64,000 nt of DNA from NCBI GenBank assembly GCA_963814375.1, contig CAWFCQ010000004.1, positions 32,001 to 96,000 of the forward strand. Direction: 5' to 3'. Below are positions 52,845 to 63,761 of this stretch, one piece after another. Under the pieces are notes generated by a model. It was not told the DNA's origin and searched no databases. It was given only the letters and a program-made list of their open reading frames with translations. Source of the stretch: an uncultured Chloroflexia bacterium (lineage in GTDB: Bacteria; Chloroflexota; Limnocylindria; QHBO01). Position 1 is the first letter of the stretch, and every line of letters starts with the position of its first letter. Position numbers and translations under genes: made by a program.

Positions 52845-53939
52845 ATGCAGGTCACGATCGTCGGGGTCCCCGGCAGCGGCAAGACCACCGTCTTCAACGC
52901 GCTCACCGGCGGGCACGCGGAGACCGGCTCGTTTTCGGGTGGGCGCGCCGCCCCGAACGTCAGCGTGGTCAAGGTGCCCGACGAACGGGTCGATCGCCTG
53001 GCCGCGCTCTTCAGCCCCAAGAAGACGACCTACGCCGACATCACCTACGTGGACGTCGCCATCCCCGCCGGTGCCGCGCGCGAGGGAACGGTCAACCCCG
53101 ACGTGCTGGCCCAGATCCGCAATGCGGACGCGCTGCTGCACGTTGCCCGCGCATTCGCGGACCCGGCCGCCGCCACCGCGCCCGATCCGTGGCGGGACGT
53201 GGACGAGCTGGACCTCGAGTTCACCGTCGCCGATCTGCTGGTGATCGAGAAGCGGCTCGAGAAGCTCACGACCCAGGGCCGGCACGGCTCGCAGGCCGAG
53301 CGCGAGCAGGCCCAGCGCGAGGATGAGCTCCTGCGCCGCGTGGAGCCGCACCTCTCGGCCGGAAACCCGATCCGCTCGTTCGGGCTGACCGACGACGAGG
53401 AGCTCCTGCTGCGCGGCTACCGCTTCCTGACGCAGAAGCCGGTGCTGGTCGTGCTGAACATCGACGAGGGCCGCCTGCCGGAGGCCGATGCCCTCGAAGC
53501 TGCCGGTCGCGATCGGTACGCGCAGCCGCACACCGATGTCGCCGCGCTGGCCGGCAAGATCGAGGCGGAGATCGGCGAGCTGCCCGACGACGACGCGCGC
53601 CTCTTCATGGACGACCTCGGCATCGCCGAGCCGTCGCGCGGCCGCGTGATCCGCCTCACCTACGCGCTGCTCGGCCTCTTCAGCTTCTTCACCGCGGGAG
53701 AGGACGAATGCCGTGCCTGGACGCTGCGGACCGGCTCGACGGCGGTCGACGCGGCCGGGGCGATCCACTCGGACCTGGCGCGGGGCTTCATCCGTGCCCA
53801 GGTCATCGGCGTCGACGAGCTGATCGAGGCCGGCTCGATGGCCGAGGCTCGCAAACGCGGCATCCTGCGCCAGGAGGGCAAGGCGTACGAGGTCCGCGAT
53901 GGCGAGGTCCTCGAGATCCTCTTCAACGTGGGGCGCTGA
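52845..53939 (+). CDS. ychF: YchF/Ola1 ATPase
   Basis: GKTTVFNALT, VKVPDERVD.L, FLTQKP...VLN.DE, FFTAG.DECRAW, AAG.IHSDL.RGFIRA, EGK.YEV.DG. Confidence 0.92.
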   Translation: MQVTIVGVPGSGKTTVFNALTGGHAETGSFSGGRAAPNVSVVKVPDERVDRLAALFSPKKTTYADITYVDVAIPAGAAREGTVNPDVLAQIRNADALLHVARAFADPAAATAPDPWRDVDELDLEFTVADLLVIEKRLEKLTTQGRHGSQAEREQAQREDELLRRVEPHLSAGNPIRSFGLTDDEELLLRGYRFLTQKPVLVVLNIDEGRLPEADALEAAGRDRYAQPHTDVAALAGKIEAEIGELPDDDARLFMDDLGIAEPSRGRVIRLTYALLGLFSFFTAGEDECRAWTLRTGSTAVDAAGAIHSDLARGFIRAQVIGVDELIEAGSMAEARKRGILRQEGKAYEVRDGEVLEILFNVGR

Positions 53940-53949
53940 CGAGCCGCCG

Positions 53950-54513
53950 ATGGTGAGCGAGCAGAAGGCACGGATGCTTGCCGGCGATCTGTACCACGCC
54001 GCTGACCCGGAGCTGCAGGCCGATGCCGAGCGCTGCCACCTGCTCCTCGAGCGCTACAACGCCACGAGCATCACCGAGGCCGAGGAGCGGGAGCGCATCC
54101 TCGCCGAGCTGCTCGGCGCCGTGGGCCGTGGCGTGACCATCCGACCGCCGCTCGTGATGGACTACGGCTACCAGACGACGATTGGCGCAGGCACCTTCAT
54201 CAACTCCGGCGCCATCATTCTGGACGTCGGCCGGGTCACGATCGGCGGGGACGTGCAGATGGGGCCGAATGTCCAGCTGCTGACTCCGACCCATCCGCTC
54301 GATCCGGCAGTGCGCCGCACCGGCGCCGAGGCAGCCGAGCCGATTGTTATCGGCGACAACGCCTGGCTGGGGGGTGGGGTGATCGTCTGCCCGGGCGTCA
54401 GCATCGGCGCTGACACCGTCGTCGGTGCCGGGGCGGTGGTTGCCCGCGACCTGCCGGCGGGCGTCCTGGCGGTCGGCAACCCGGCGCGGGTGATCCGCAG
54501 CCTCGATGGCTAG
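53950..54513 (+). CDS. Sugar O-acetyltransferase (Maa/LacA family)
   Basis: KARMLAGDLY, DYG, hexapeptide repeats, IGDNAWLGG, AVGNPARVIR. Confidence 0.93.
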   Translation: MVSEQKARMLAGDLYHAADPELQADAERCHLLLERYNATSITEAEERERILAELLGAVGRGVTIRPPLVMDYGYQTTIGAGTFINSGAIILDVGRVTIGGDVQMGPNVQLLTPTHPLDPAVRRTGAEAAEPIVIGDNAWLGGGVIVCPGVSIGADTVVGAGAVVARDLPAGVLAVGNPARVIRSLDG

Positions 54514-54833
54514 GAGGAAGGCTCCATCTCGGCGATGATCGAGCGGAACTCCTCGCTCTGCTCGACGAGGAAGGTGTCCTCCTCCTCGACCCCGACGCTC
54601 ATCGAAGCCCGGAGCTTCTCGTCGCCGATGTAGGTGAAGCCGTGGGAGCGTTCGAGCTCTCGGGCGACCGCCTCCACCAGCGTGTCCTCCTCGTACGTGT
54701 CGAGGATCGCGGTGCGCGCCGCCTGGACCAGCGCCTCGAACTGGGCTGGAGTATGGTCGCGCTCCGAGACGAGCAGCGCATCGGTCAGGAGGTCGGTGGC
54801 GCCCTCGTGGAGCTCGTAGAAGAAGAGCTGCAT
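54510..54833 (-). CDS. Hypothetical acidic protein
   Basis: Protein-like composition (MQLFFYELHEG...), high-GC codon usage, TATCAT 6 nt before the ATG. Confidence 0.7.
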   Translation of the reverse strand: MQLFFYELHEGATDLLTDALLVSERDHTPAQFEALVQAARTAILDTYEEDTLVEAVARELERSHGFTYIGDEKLRASMSVGVEEEDTFLVEQSEEFRSIIAEMEPSS

Positions 54834-54850
54834 GCGCCGATGATAGCCAG

Positions 54851-55693
54851 ATGACCGAGCTGCTGATCGTCGGCGGCCTGACCGTCGACCGGTTCGCCGA
54901 TGGCACCTCCGCGCCGGGTGGATCGGTCCTCCACTCCGGGATCGCCGCCGCGGCCGAGGGAGCCGAGCTGACGTTCCTCACCGTCGCCGGGCCGGAGGCG
55001 GAAGCAGTGAGCGGGCTCGACCGTCTGCGCCAGCTCGGCACCGTGGTCCACCAGCCGGTGCCGGCGACCACAACCTACGTCCACACCGAGGAGGATGGCC
55101 GCCGTGTCCTCGTGTACGAGGCGGCGACCGCCCCGATCGATCCGCAGCAGGTCGACGGCCTGGCGGGATCCGACGTCGTGCTGGTGGCGCCCATCGCCGA
55201 CGAGCTGCCCGCTCCCGGTCTCGACGAGCTGATCGACGCGCTGCATCCGCCCCTCGCGGTCTTCCTGATCCAGGGCTGGCTGCGGAGGCTCGAGCTCGGT
55301 GAGCGGGTCCATCCGTTGGCCCCCGGCGAGGTACCGAAGGAGCTCTGGGATGCGTTCGGTCGGGCGGACGCGATCGTGCTCTCAGCCGAGGATCTGGCGG
55401 ACGCGCCGGAGGACCCGTTCGTCCAGTCGGCCGCCATCCGCGCATTGGTGGGCGCCGGTCCGCTCATCGTGCTCACGTTCGGGGCGGAGGGCTACCTGCT
55501 CGATGACCCGGCCGCCGACCGGGTCGTCGCCAGCGTCCCGCGACGAGTCGTCGAGGGCGTTCCGATGGTCGGAGCGGGCGACACGTTCGGCGCCGCGCTT
55601 GCGCTCCATCTCGGCCGTGGCGTCGCGCCGGCGGCCGCTGCGGAGGCCGCCACCGACGCCGTCATCCGCGTCCTGGAGGCGCGCCGAGCCTAG
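54851..55693 (+). CDS. PfkB/ribokinase-family carbohydrate kinase
   Basis: VGGLTVD, PGGS, LTFGAEG, VGAGDTF anion-hole motif. Confidence 0.85.
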   Translation: MTELLIVGGLTVDRFADGTSAPGGSVLHSGIAAAAEGAELTFLTVAGPEAEAVSGLDRLRQLGTVVHQPVPATTTYVHTEEDGRRVLVYEAATAPIDPQQVDGLAGSDVVLVAPIADELPAPGLDELIDALHPPLAVFLIQGWLRRLELGERVHPLAPGEVPKELWDAFGRADAIVLSAEDLADAPEDPFVQSAAIRALVGAGPLIVLTFGAEGYLLDDPAADRVVASVPRRVVEGVPMVGAGDTFGAALALHLGRGVAPAAAAEAATDAVIRVLEARRA

Positions 55694-56931
55694 GCAACGG
55701 CCGATGTGACGTCGTTCTCCCGCGCGCGTCGGCGGTCGGCGGCGGCGACCCAGCGCCGGAGACGCCGCAGGCGCCGATCGACCGTGATTCGCGTCCTTCC
55801 AACCTCGCTCATGGAGCCGCCCCGGCCGAGCGCGAAGGCGATGTCGAGCACGCGCGACGCTGCCGCGGCGGCATCGAGCGCCCCGTGCAGGTCGCCGCGA
55901 TGACGCTCGCGGATGCGGGCCACCTCGATCCAGGCCGCCGCGGCGTCGACCGATGCTCGCCGCGTGCCGATCGTCCACAGCTGCTCGGCACGCTCCACCT
56001 CTCCCAGCGCCAGGAGAAGCCGGGAAGCCACGCGACGCAGCGCGTTCGCCTCGGCGGGGTCGGCCGCCACCGCCTGCGCCACCTCGACGAGCTCGAGGGC
56101 CTCGTCGACGGCGCCGGCGCGAAGCAGCTCGAGCGCCATGCCCCGCGGGTCGAGCACGCTCGCATCGCGCCAGCCACCGGAACGAAGCCGGCACAGCTCC
56201 GCCTCGAGCAGGACGAGGCTCACGACGTCCTGGAAGTTGTGATCGAGCACCTCGGCCAGGATGTCGGGTGATCCGCCGCGCAGATACCCGAAGTAGCGGG
56301 CGGGGACTTCCGATCCGGGACAGTCGGACGACCGGCGGACGCCGAGGACGCCGGCCTCCACATCCGCCAGGCGCGCTCCGCCGAGAGGTCGCCGAAAGAG
56401 CCGTCGGGCATCGGGCAGCAGATCGTCGTGCAGGTCGGGAAGCAGTGCCTGCTCGCGGAAGAGGCCGTGGACGGTGAGCCGCGCGGCGAGCATCGGCAGG
56501 TCGAAGGTCCGCCCGTTGTAGGTCACCAGACGGGAGAAGGTGGCGAGATCGGCCACGAGGGCGCGGAGCAGGGCCGGCTCGTGCGGGTAGTCGGGCAGCA
56601 GGTACTGGCGAACCGTGACCCTCGCGCCGTCGATGCGCGCGACGGCGGCCATGAAGATCACGGTTCCCGCACCGGTCGAGAGGCCAGTCGTCTCGGTGTC
56701 GAAGTACGCCGCCGGTGGCAGCCCGGAGACGGCTGACGCCGCCTCATCCGCGATCCGCAGGGTCCGCTCGATGACGAGGGCGGTTCCTCCGCCCTCGGTC
56801 ACCTCGGTGCGCGCGTCGAACCAGCGCACCAGGGTCGCGACCCGATCGTCGGCGAGCGAGCGCGGCGACGCCCTCGGCGCCGGGTCGCGCACCGCCGTCA
56901 GTCGATCGGCCAGCGATCGCGATGCTGCCAT
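55690..56931 (-). CDS. mrfB: RNase H-like exonuclease with TPR tail (YprB/MrfB-like)
   Basis: FDTETTGL, VTYNGRTFD, HDDLL..ARR, HNFQDVVSL (DEDDh), helical C-terminus. Confidence 0.8.
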   Translation of the reverse strand: MAASRSLADRLTAVRDPAPRASPRSLADDRVATLVRWFDARTEVTEGGGTALVIERTLRIADEAASAVSGLPPAAYFDTETTGLSTGAGTVIFMAAVARIDGARVTVRQYLLPDYPHEPALLRALVADLATFSRLVTYNGRTFDLPMLAARLTVHGLFREQALLPDLHDDLLPDARRLFRRPLGGARLADVEAGVLGVRRSSDCPGSEVPARYFGYLRGGSPDILAEVLDHNFQDVVSLVLLEAELCRLRSGGWRDASVLDPRGMALELLRAGAVDEALELVEVAQAVAADPAEANALRRVASRLLLALGEVERAEQLWTIGTRRASVDAAAAWIEVARIRERHRGDLHGALDAAAAASRVLDIAFALGRGGSMSEVGRTRITVDRRLRRLRRWVAAADRRRARENDVTSAVA

Positions 56932-56936
56932 GGCCG

Positions 56937-59220
56937 TCAGCTCATGCCCGCCAGGAGCTCGGCGACGGTCTGCTTGCCGCGCACCCCGACCTCGATGGCC
57001 GGGCCGACGCAGGCAGGGCAGCCGTCGGCGCAGGCGCAGGAGTCGACCGCCTCGCGGCACGCGCGGATGAGCTCGTCGACGAGCGTGAAGAGCCGCTCGG
57101 TCAGGCCGACCCCGCCGGGCACCGCGTCGTACAGGTAGAGAGTGGGTTGGCCGGTAAAGGGCGCCTGGACCTGGGCCAGGACGCCGATGTCGCGCGGATC
57201 GCTCATCAGCAGCAGCGCCGCCGTCGTGCGAGCGATGCGCGCCAGGCCGATGAGCGCGCCATCGAGCGTGTCGCGGTCGTATCGATTCACGAGCTCGGCC
57301 GGCGGCACCAGCCAGGTCGAGGTCGTGTGCATCTCCTGCTCGGGGATGCTGATCGAGCCCCAGCCGACGTTCTCGTGGGTGTGGAACTTGATCTTCTTGA
57401 ACATGGTCACCTTCCAGGCGACCATCACCTCGCCGCGCTGCCGCTTGCCGGCGGGCGCCTCATCGGTCTCCTCGAAGACCTCGAGCACCTTGAGCGTGAT
57501 GCCGAGATCGGCATCGGTGTAGTAGTCGACGTCGGTACGGGTGACGTAGGCCTTGCGCTCTTCCCAGTCGAGGCGGTCGACGTGGTGCTGGACACCCTCG
57601 TGGATGTAGATCGCCTTCTCGTGGACGAGCAGTGGAGCGGCGAAGAGGTCGACCTCGCCGAGGACGCGGTGGCGGTCCCCGGTGGTGTCGACGATCACGA
57701 CGTTCTCGGGCGCGCCGCTGCGGAGGCTGAAGTCGGATGCCGGGAAGTTCTCGTGGCTCCAGTAGTAGCGGTCGTCATCGGCGCGGCGGATCCAGCCGTC
57801 CTCCTGGAGCACGTCGAGGAGCGTCGGCGTCTCGTCGATGCCGAAGCGCTCGTCCGCCGGAACGGGGAGCTCGAAGGTCGACGCCCGCAGGTGGTTGAGC
57901 AGCACGAAGAGGTTGTCCGGGTTGACGAGGCCGTGCTCGGGTGACCGATCGAAGAGGTACTCGGGGTGGGCCGCCAGGAACTGGTCGATCGGCGCCGAGG
58001 AGCAGATCAGCGCCGACACGCTCGTGCTGGCTCGACGTCCCGCCCGCCCCATCTGCTGCCAGGTCGACGCGATCGTTCCCGGGTAGCCGACGCTGATCGC
58101 GGCCTCGAGACTGCCGATGTCGATCCCGAGCTCGAGCGCGTTCGTGGCCACCACGCCGCGCACGCGGCCGTCGCGCAGCCCGGCCTCGATCTCGTGGCGC
58201 TCGTTCGGCAGGTAGCCGCCGCGATAGCCGCGGATCGTGTGCGGATGACCGGGTGGCGGCGCGAAGGTCTCGCGCAGATACCCCAGGAGCACCTCGACCG
58301 ACGTTCGCGATTTTGTGAACGCAATCGTCTGCACGCCGCCGCCGATGAGGCGCTCGGCGAGGTGCTGGCCGGTCAGGAGCGCGGAGCCGCGGATGCCGAG
58401 CTGCTCGTTGGCGATCGGCGGGTTGATGACGAGCAGGTGCCGGCGCCCGGACGGCGCGCCGTTGTCGTCGACGAGCTCGACCGGCGCCTCCAGCACGCCC
58501 TCGGCCAGCTCGCGGGGGTTGGCGATCGTGGCGCTGGCGCAGATGAAGATCGGGTCGGCGCCGTAGTGGGCGCAGATTCGGCGCAGCCGGCGGATGACGT
58601 TGGCGACGTGCGATCCGAACAGCCCGCGATACGTGTGGAGCTCGTCGATCACGACGTACTGGAGGTTCTCGAAGAGCTTGAACCACTTCGTGTGGTGCGG
58701 GAGGATCGCCGCGTGGAGCATGTCCGGGTTGGTGATCACCACTTGGCCCGCGGCTCGGACGACCGAGCGGACGTTGGGAGGCGTGTCGCCGTCGTAGGTG
58801 TGGGTCTTGAGGCCGAGCTCGGCCGCGTCGGCCAGGGCTCGAAGCTCCACGAGCTGATCGGCGGCGAGCGCCTTGGTGGGGAAGAGGTACAGCGCGCGGG
58901 CCGCCTCGTCCTTGGCGATCGCATCGAGGACCGGCAGGTTGTAGCAGAGCGTCTTCCCCGATGCGGTCGGCGTGACCACGACGAGGTTCCTGCCACCGAC
59001 GGCGTGACGGTAGGCCGCCGCCTGGTGGGTGTAGAGGGCGTCGATGCCCCGGCCGCGGAGCGCGCCGATGATCCGCGGATCGATCTTCGCCGGCCACGGC
59101 GCGTGCTGCGGGGGTTTGGGCTCGAGCTCCCGGTGCGCGGCGATGAGCGGCGCGATGCGCCGGGTCCGCCAGCAGAGAGGCGATCGCCGCATCGGCGTTG
59201 GTCAGGGGCGCGGTCAGCAT
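56937..59220 (-). CDS. mrfA: DEAD/DEAH-box helicase with DUF1998 (YprA/MrfA/SftH-like; frameshift near 59158)
   Basis: LYTHQ, TPTASGKT, PTKALA.DQ, IDELH, SAT, TNALELGID, QQMGRAGR, LYDAVPGGVG, C.C.DGCPAC. The N-terminal MLTAPL... frame follows GAGGAG. Confidence 0.88.
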
Positions 59221-59238
59221 CGGCGGCTCCTCTCAAAC

Positions 59239-59252
59239 CGAACATACGTTCG
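59239..59252. promoter_or_regulatory. LexA (SOS) box
   Basis: CGAACATACGTTCG matches GAAC-N4-GTTC and lies 19 nt upstream of the helicase start. Confidence 0.85.
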
Positions 59253-59264
59253 GTCGCGGACGAT

Positions 59265-59278
59265 AGCACAGGTGTTCG
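59265..59278. promoter_or_regulatory. Second, degenerate LexA box
   Basis: AGCACAGGTGTTCG (GCAC-N4-GTTC) abuts the putative minus-strand -10 TATCGT at 59260-59265. Confidence 0.55.
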
Positions 59279-59355
59279 AATCGTCAGAGGCCGATGCGAC
59301 AGCTCTGCTGTCGCGAGGGAGCGACGTGCTGGGCGTCTCGGATAGACTGCCGGCC

Positions 59356-59790
59356 ATGACCGTCGTGGAGATGCCGTCCGAGCAGGCGCCGCCGACGCCA
59401 CCGCGTCAACGGATGCGGTTGCCCGGGACCCGCCGAGGACTGGCCTGGATGGTCGTCCTCTCGGTCGTCGCGCTCCTGCTCGTCTTCCAGTTCGGCCGGC
59501 AGGTCTACGCGAACTGGGAGAGCGGGCAGCGTGCCGCCGAGATCGAGGCGGAGATCGCCGCGATCGAGGCCGAGAACGCGCGCCTGCAGGAGGAGCTCGC
59601 GTACCTGCGCAGTGACGCCTTCGTCAGCGCCGAGGCACGACGCTTCGCAAATCTCGGGGCGGAAGGCGAGCAGGTCCTCATCATCCCGCCGGGCGCCGAG
59701 GAGCCGCTGCCTGACGAGCTGTCAGGCATCGAGCCACCGCCGCCGCTGCTCCAGCAGTGGCTCGACCTCTTCTTCGGCGCGCCAGCCTAG
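59356..59790 (+). CDS. ftsB: Septum formation initiator FtsB/DivIC family
   Basis: TM helix, coiled coil, L.SDAFV..EAR...L...GE motif. TAGACT lies 7 nt before the ATG. Confidence 0.78.
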   Translation: MTVVEMPSEQAPPTPPRQRMRLPGTRRGLAWMVVLSVVALLLVFQFGRQVYANWESGQRAAEIEAEIAAIEAENARLQEELAYLRSDAFVSAEARRFANLGAEGEQVLIIPPGAEEPLPDELSGIEPPPPLLQQWLDLFFGAPA

Positions 59791-59798
59791 GAGGGAGG

Positions 59799-60284
59799 GT
59801 GCGCGAAACGGTCGTCTACCTGCACGTCGTCGGCGCCTTCGTCTTCGTCCTCGCCCACGGTGCGTCGATCCTCGTGGCGTTCCGGATCCGGACGGAGCGC
59901 AATCGTGAGCGTATCGCCGCGCTCCTCGAGCTCTCGTCGTGGGGCATCAACCTCGCGTACATCGGCCTCACGATCCTCATCCTGGCGGGGATCGCGGCCG
60001 GGTTCATGGGCAACTACTGGGGCAACGGATGGCTCTGGGTCTCGATCGGCATCCTCGTCGTCGTACTTGGCGCGATGTATGCGCTGGCGACGCCGTACTA
60101 CGGCCGCATGCGCGTGGCCGCGGGCGCGAGCGTGCCTCCGGCCGTCGCAAGCCGGCTGGACCCGCCGCCAACCGAGGCTGACCTCGAGGCGCTCGCAGCC
60201 TCGAACCGGCCGATGCTGCTGGCCGCAATCGGCGGAGTCGGGCTGGCGGCGATCCTGTGGCTCATGCTCTTCAAGCCGTTCTGA
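59799..60284 (+). CDS. DUF2269-like membrane protein
   Basis: YLHVVGA, GWLW, C-terminal WLMLFKPF. GGAGG RBS. Confidence 0.75.
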   Translation: MRETVVYLHVVGAFVFVLAHGASILVAFRIRTERNRERIAALLELSSWGINLAYIGLTILILAGIAAGFMGNYWGNGWLWVSIGILVVVLGAMYALATPYYGRMRVAAGASVPPAVASRLDPPPTEADLEALAASNRPMLLAAIGGVGLAAILWLMLFKPF

Positions 60285-60288
60285 GCCC

Positions 60289-61923
<1,635 letters not shown>

Positions 61924-62122
61924 GGTCTCCTCCTCGTTCGCGATCCGGGCCCGGCGCGGGCGGTGGGGTCGCCGTTCTGAGTCGACCGGCCGCGCGTCGA
62001 CGGGTGGCAACCCGTGAGTCGGCTTCCGCAGTCTGAAAGTGCGTGCTGTTGTGCCGCCGCGTGTGCGTGCGGTCGGCCGCCATTCTACTCCGGGAGGCAG
62101 CCCGAGGCGAGCCGGACGATCG

Positions 62123-62574
62123 TCAGGCGCAGTCCACGCAGCGGCCGACGAGGGTCGTGTGCGACAGGTCGACGCTGAACCCGCTCTGTGCCCTCGATCT
62201 GCTCCACCAGCGGCCGCAGCTCGGCATCGGCGACTTCCCACTGGCGGCCGCAGCCGGCGCAATGGAGGTGACCGTGATCGTCCGCCGGCCGGATGTGATA
62301 TTCCTCGCGACCGTCGGCGCCATGCCCGTGGCGGACGAGCCCGAGCTCCTCGAGGACGTCGAGGGTGCGGTAGACGGTGGACGGCACGGTCGCCGGATCG
62401 AGCTCGCGGCAGCGCCGCACGATCTCGGCGCCGGTGACGTGACCGGAGCTGTCCGCCAGCACGTTGATGACCTGGCGGCGCTGTGGCGTCCAGCGCAGTC
62501 CGCGCTGTTGGAGGTAGCCCCGCAGCCGACGCCCACGGCTCCGGCAGGACCTGCTCCACGGGCGTCGCGCTCAT
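62123..62574 (-). CDS. Fur-family metalloregulator (frameshifts near 62535 and 62192)
   Basis: GLRWTPQRR, HVTGAEI, STVYRTL..LEELGLV, HGHLHCAGCG, GRCVDC*. ATG overlaps the upstream TGA. Confidence 0.85.
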
Positions 62575-63554
62575 CCGCCGATGAACCTGAACATCTCGTC
62601 GAGGTTCGGCAGCGACCCCTCGGCCTGGAACAGCATCAGGGTGCCGATCCAGATGCTGAAGATTCCCGCCAGCACGCCGATGCCCACGTAGAGGCGGGTC
62701 CGAACCTGGCTCGCGATGAAGCCGGTGGCGGTCATCACCACGATCACGGTGTTCGAGAACACCAGGCCGATGATGAAGGCGAACAGCATCGGCACGCCGA
62801 GACCCTGGCTCGAGGCTCCACCCACCGCGGCGATGAGCAATGCCTGCGAGGCGGTCTCGGCGCCGATGCCATGGATCATCCCGACGCCAAAGGCGGTGCG
62901 CGGCCCATACGAGCTGGCCTCGATGGGATCGACGTGATGGTGGCCGTGGATCCTGGCCTGGAGCCGGCGCCATGCATGCCGGACTCCGTCGAAGACGAGC
63001 ATCCAGCGGCTCCTCAGCCGGAACTCCCCGCCGTGGCGCACGTACTGGTAGAGGGAGACGAACACGTAGACACCCAGGAACACGAGCGTTGCTCCGACCA
63101 CGCGACCCATGATCGGGTCGATCCAGGCCGGCAGCGCGGCTCCGAGCAGGAGCGCGGCGAGCCCAAGGATCGCGACCACCAGGGCGTGCCCGAGCGCATA
63201 CAGCGTTCCGAGGAAGATCGGCTGGCGCTCGACGCTCAACGTCTCGAGCAGCCCGCGGCCCTGAGGCTTCTCGGTTGCGAGCATCGCTCCGGGACCTTCG
63301 CCCGCGCGCCTGACGTGCGCCGCGGCCTCCGTGCTGCCGCCATGGTCGTGGGCGTGGCCACCGAGCGCCTCGTGGTCACGGCGGTGAGCGGCCTCGGCCG
63401 CGGAGGTGGCGGCGGTGGTGCTGGTGATGTCGGTGATCGCCGCGATGTGATCCCAGTCGATGCCGTGCCGGATCCCGAGCAGGAGGCCGGTAACGAGGAC
63501 TCCCACACCCGCTGGGCTGGAGACTGCGGCGGCGAGATTCGAGAATGCGTCCAC
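62571..63554 (-). CDS. NiCoT/RcnA-like nickel/cobalt transporter
   Basis: GIRHGIDWDHIAAI (NiCoT TM motif variant), His-rich loops, LGHA, GMIHG, multiple TMs. Confidence 0.8.
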   Translation of the reverse strand: MDAFSNLAAAVSSPAGVGVLVTGLLLGIRHGIDWDHIAAITDITSTTAATSAAEAAHRRDHEALGGHAHDHGGSTEAAAHVRRAGEGPGAMLATEKPQGRGLLETLSVERQPIFLGTLYALGHALVVAILGLAALLLGAALPAWIDPIMGRVVGATLVFLGVYVFVSLYQYVRHGGEFRLRSRWMLVFDGVRHAWRRLQARIHGHHHVDPIEASSYGPRTAFGVGMIHGIGAETASQALLIAAVGGASSQGLGVPMLFAFIIGLVFSNTVIVVMTATGFIASQVRTRLYVGIGVLAGIFSIWIGTLMLFQAEGSLPNLDEMFRFIGG

Positions 63555-63584
63555 GGCGGGACGATGGTAAACGCCTCGCGTCGC

Positions 63585-63604
63585 ATATGCAACAGATTGC
63601 AATA
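63585..63604. promoter_or_regulatory. AT-rich palindrome, candidate Fur-family operator
   Basis: TGCAA-CAGA-TTGCA (63588-63601) within ATATGCAACAGATTGCAATA, upstream of the transporter-fur operon in otherwise GC-rich DNA. Confidence 0.6.
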
Positions 63605-63669
63605 ACGCGGAGCCGCGCGAGCTACCCATGTGGAGCGACGCCGATGCGCGCGCTAGAATCGACGGCCGT

Positions 63670-63744
63670 GGCGGAGTAGCTCAGTGGTAGAGCAGGGGAC
63701 TCATAAGCCCTTGGCCGGTGGTTCGAATCCGCCCTCCGCTACCA
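63670..63744 (+). tRNA. tRNA with CAU anticodon (Ile2 or elongator Met)
   Basis: GGCGGAGTAGCTCAGTGGTAGAGCA GGGGA-CTCATAA-GCCCT ...GGTTCGAATCC GCC CTCCGCTACCA. TAGAAT -10 at 63654. Confidence 0.93.
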
Positions 63745-63761
63745 GCCCACCACTCGACGCG

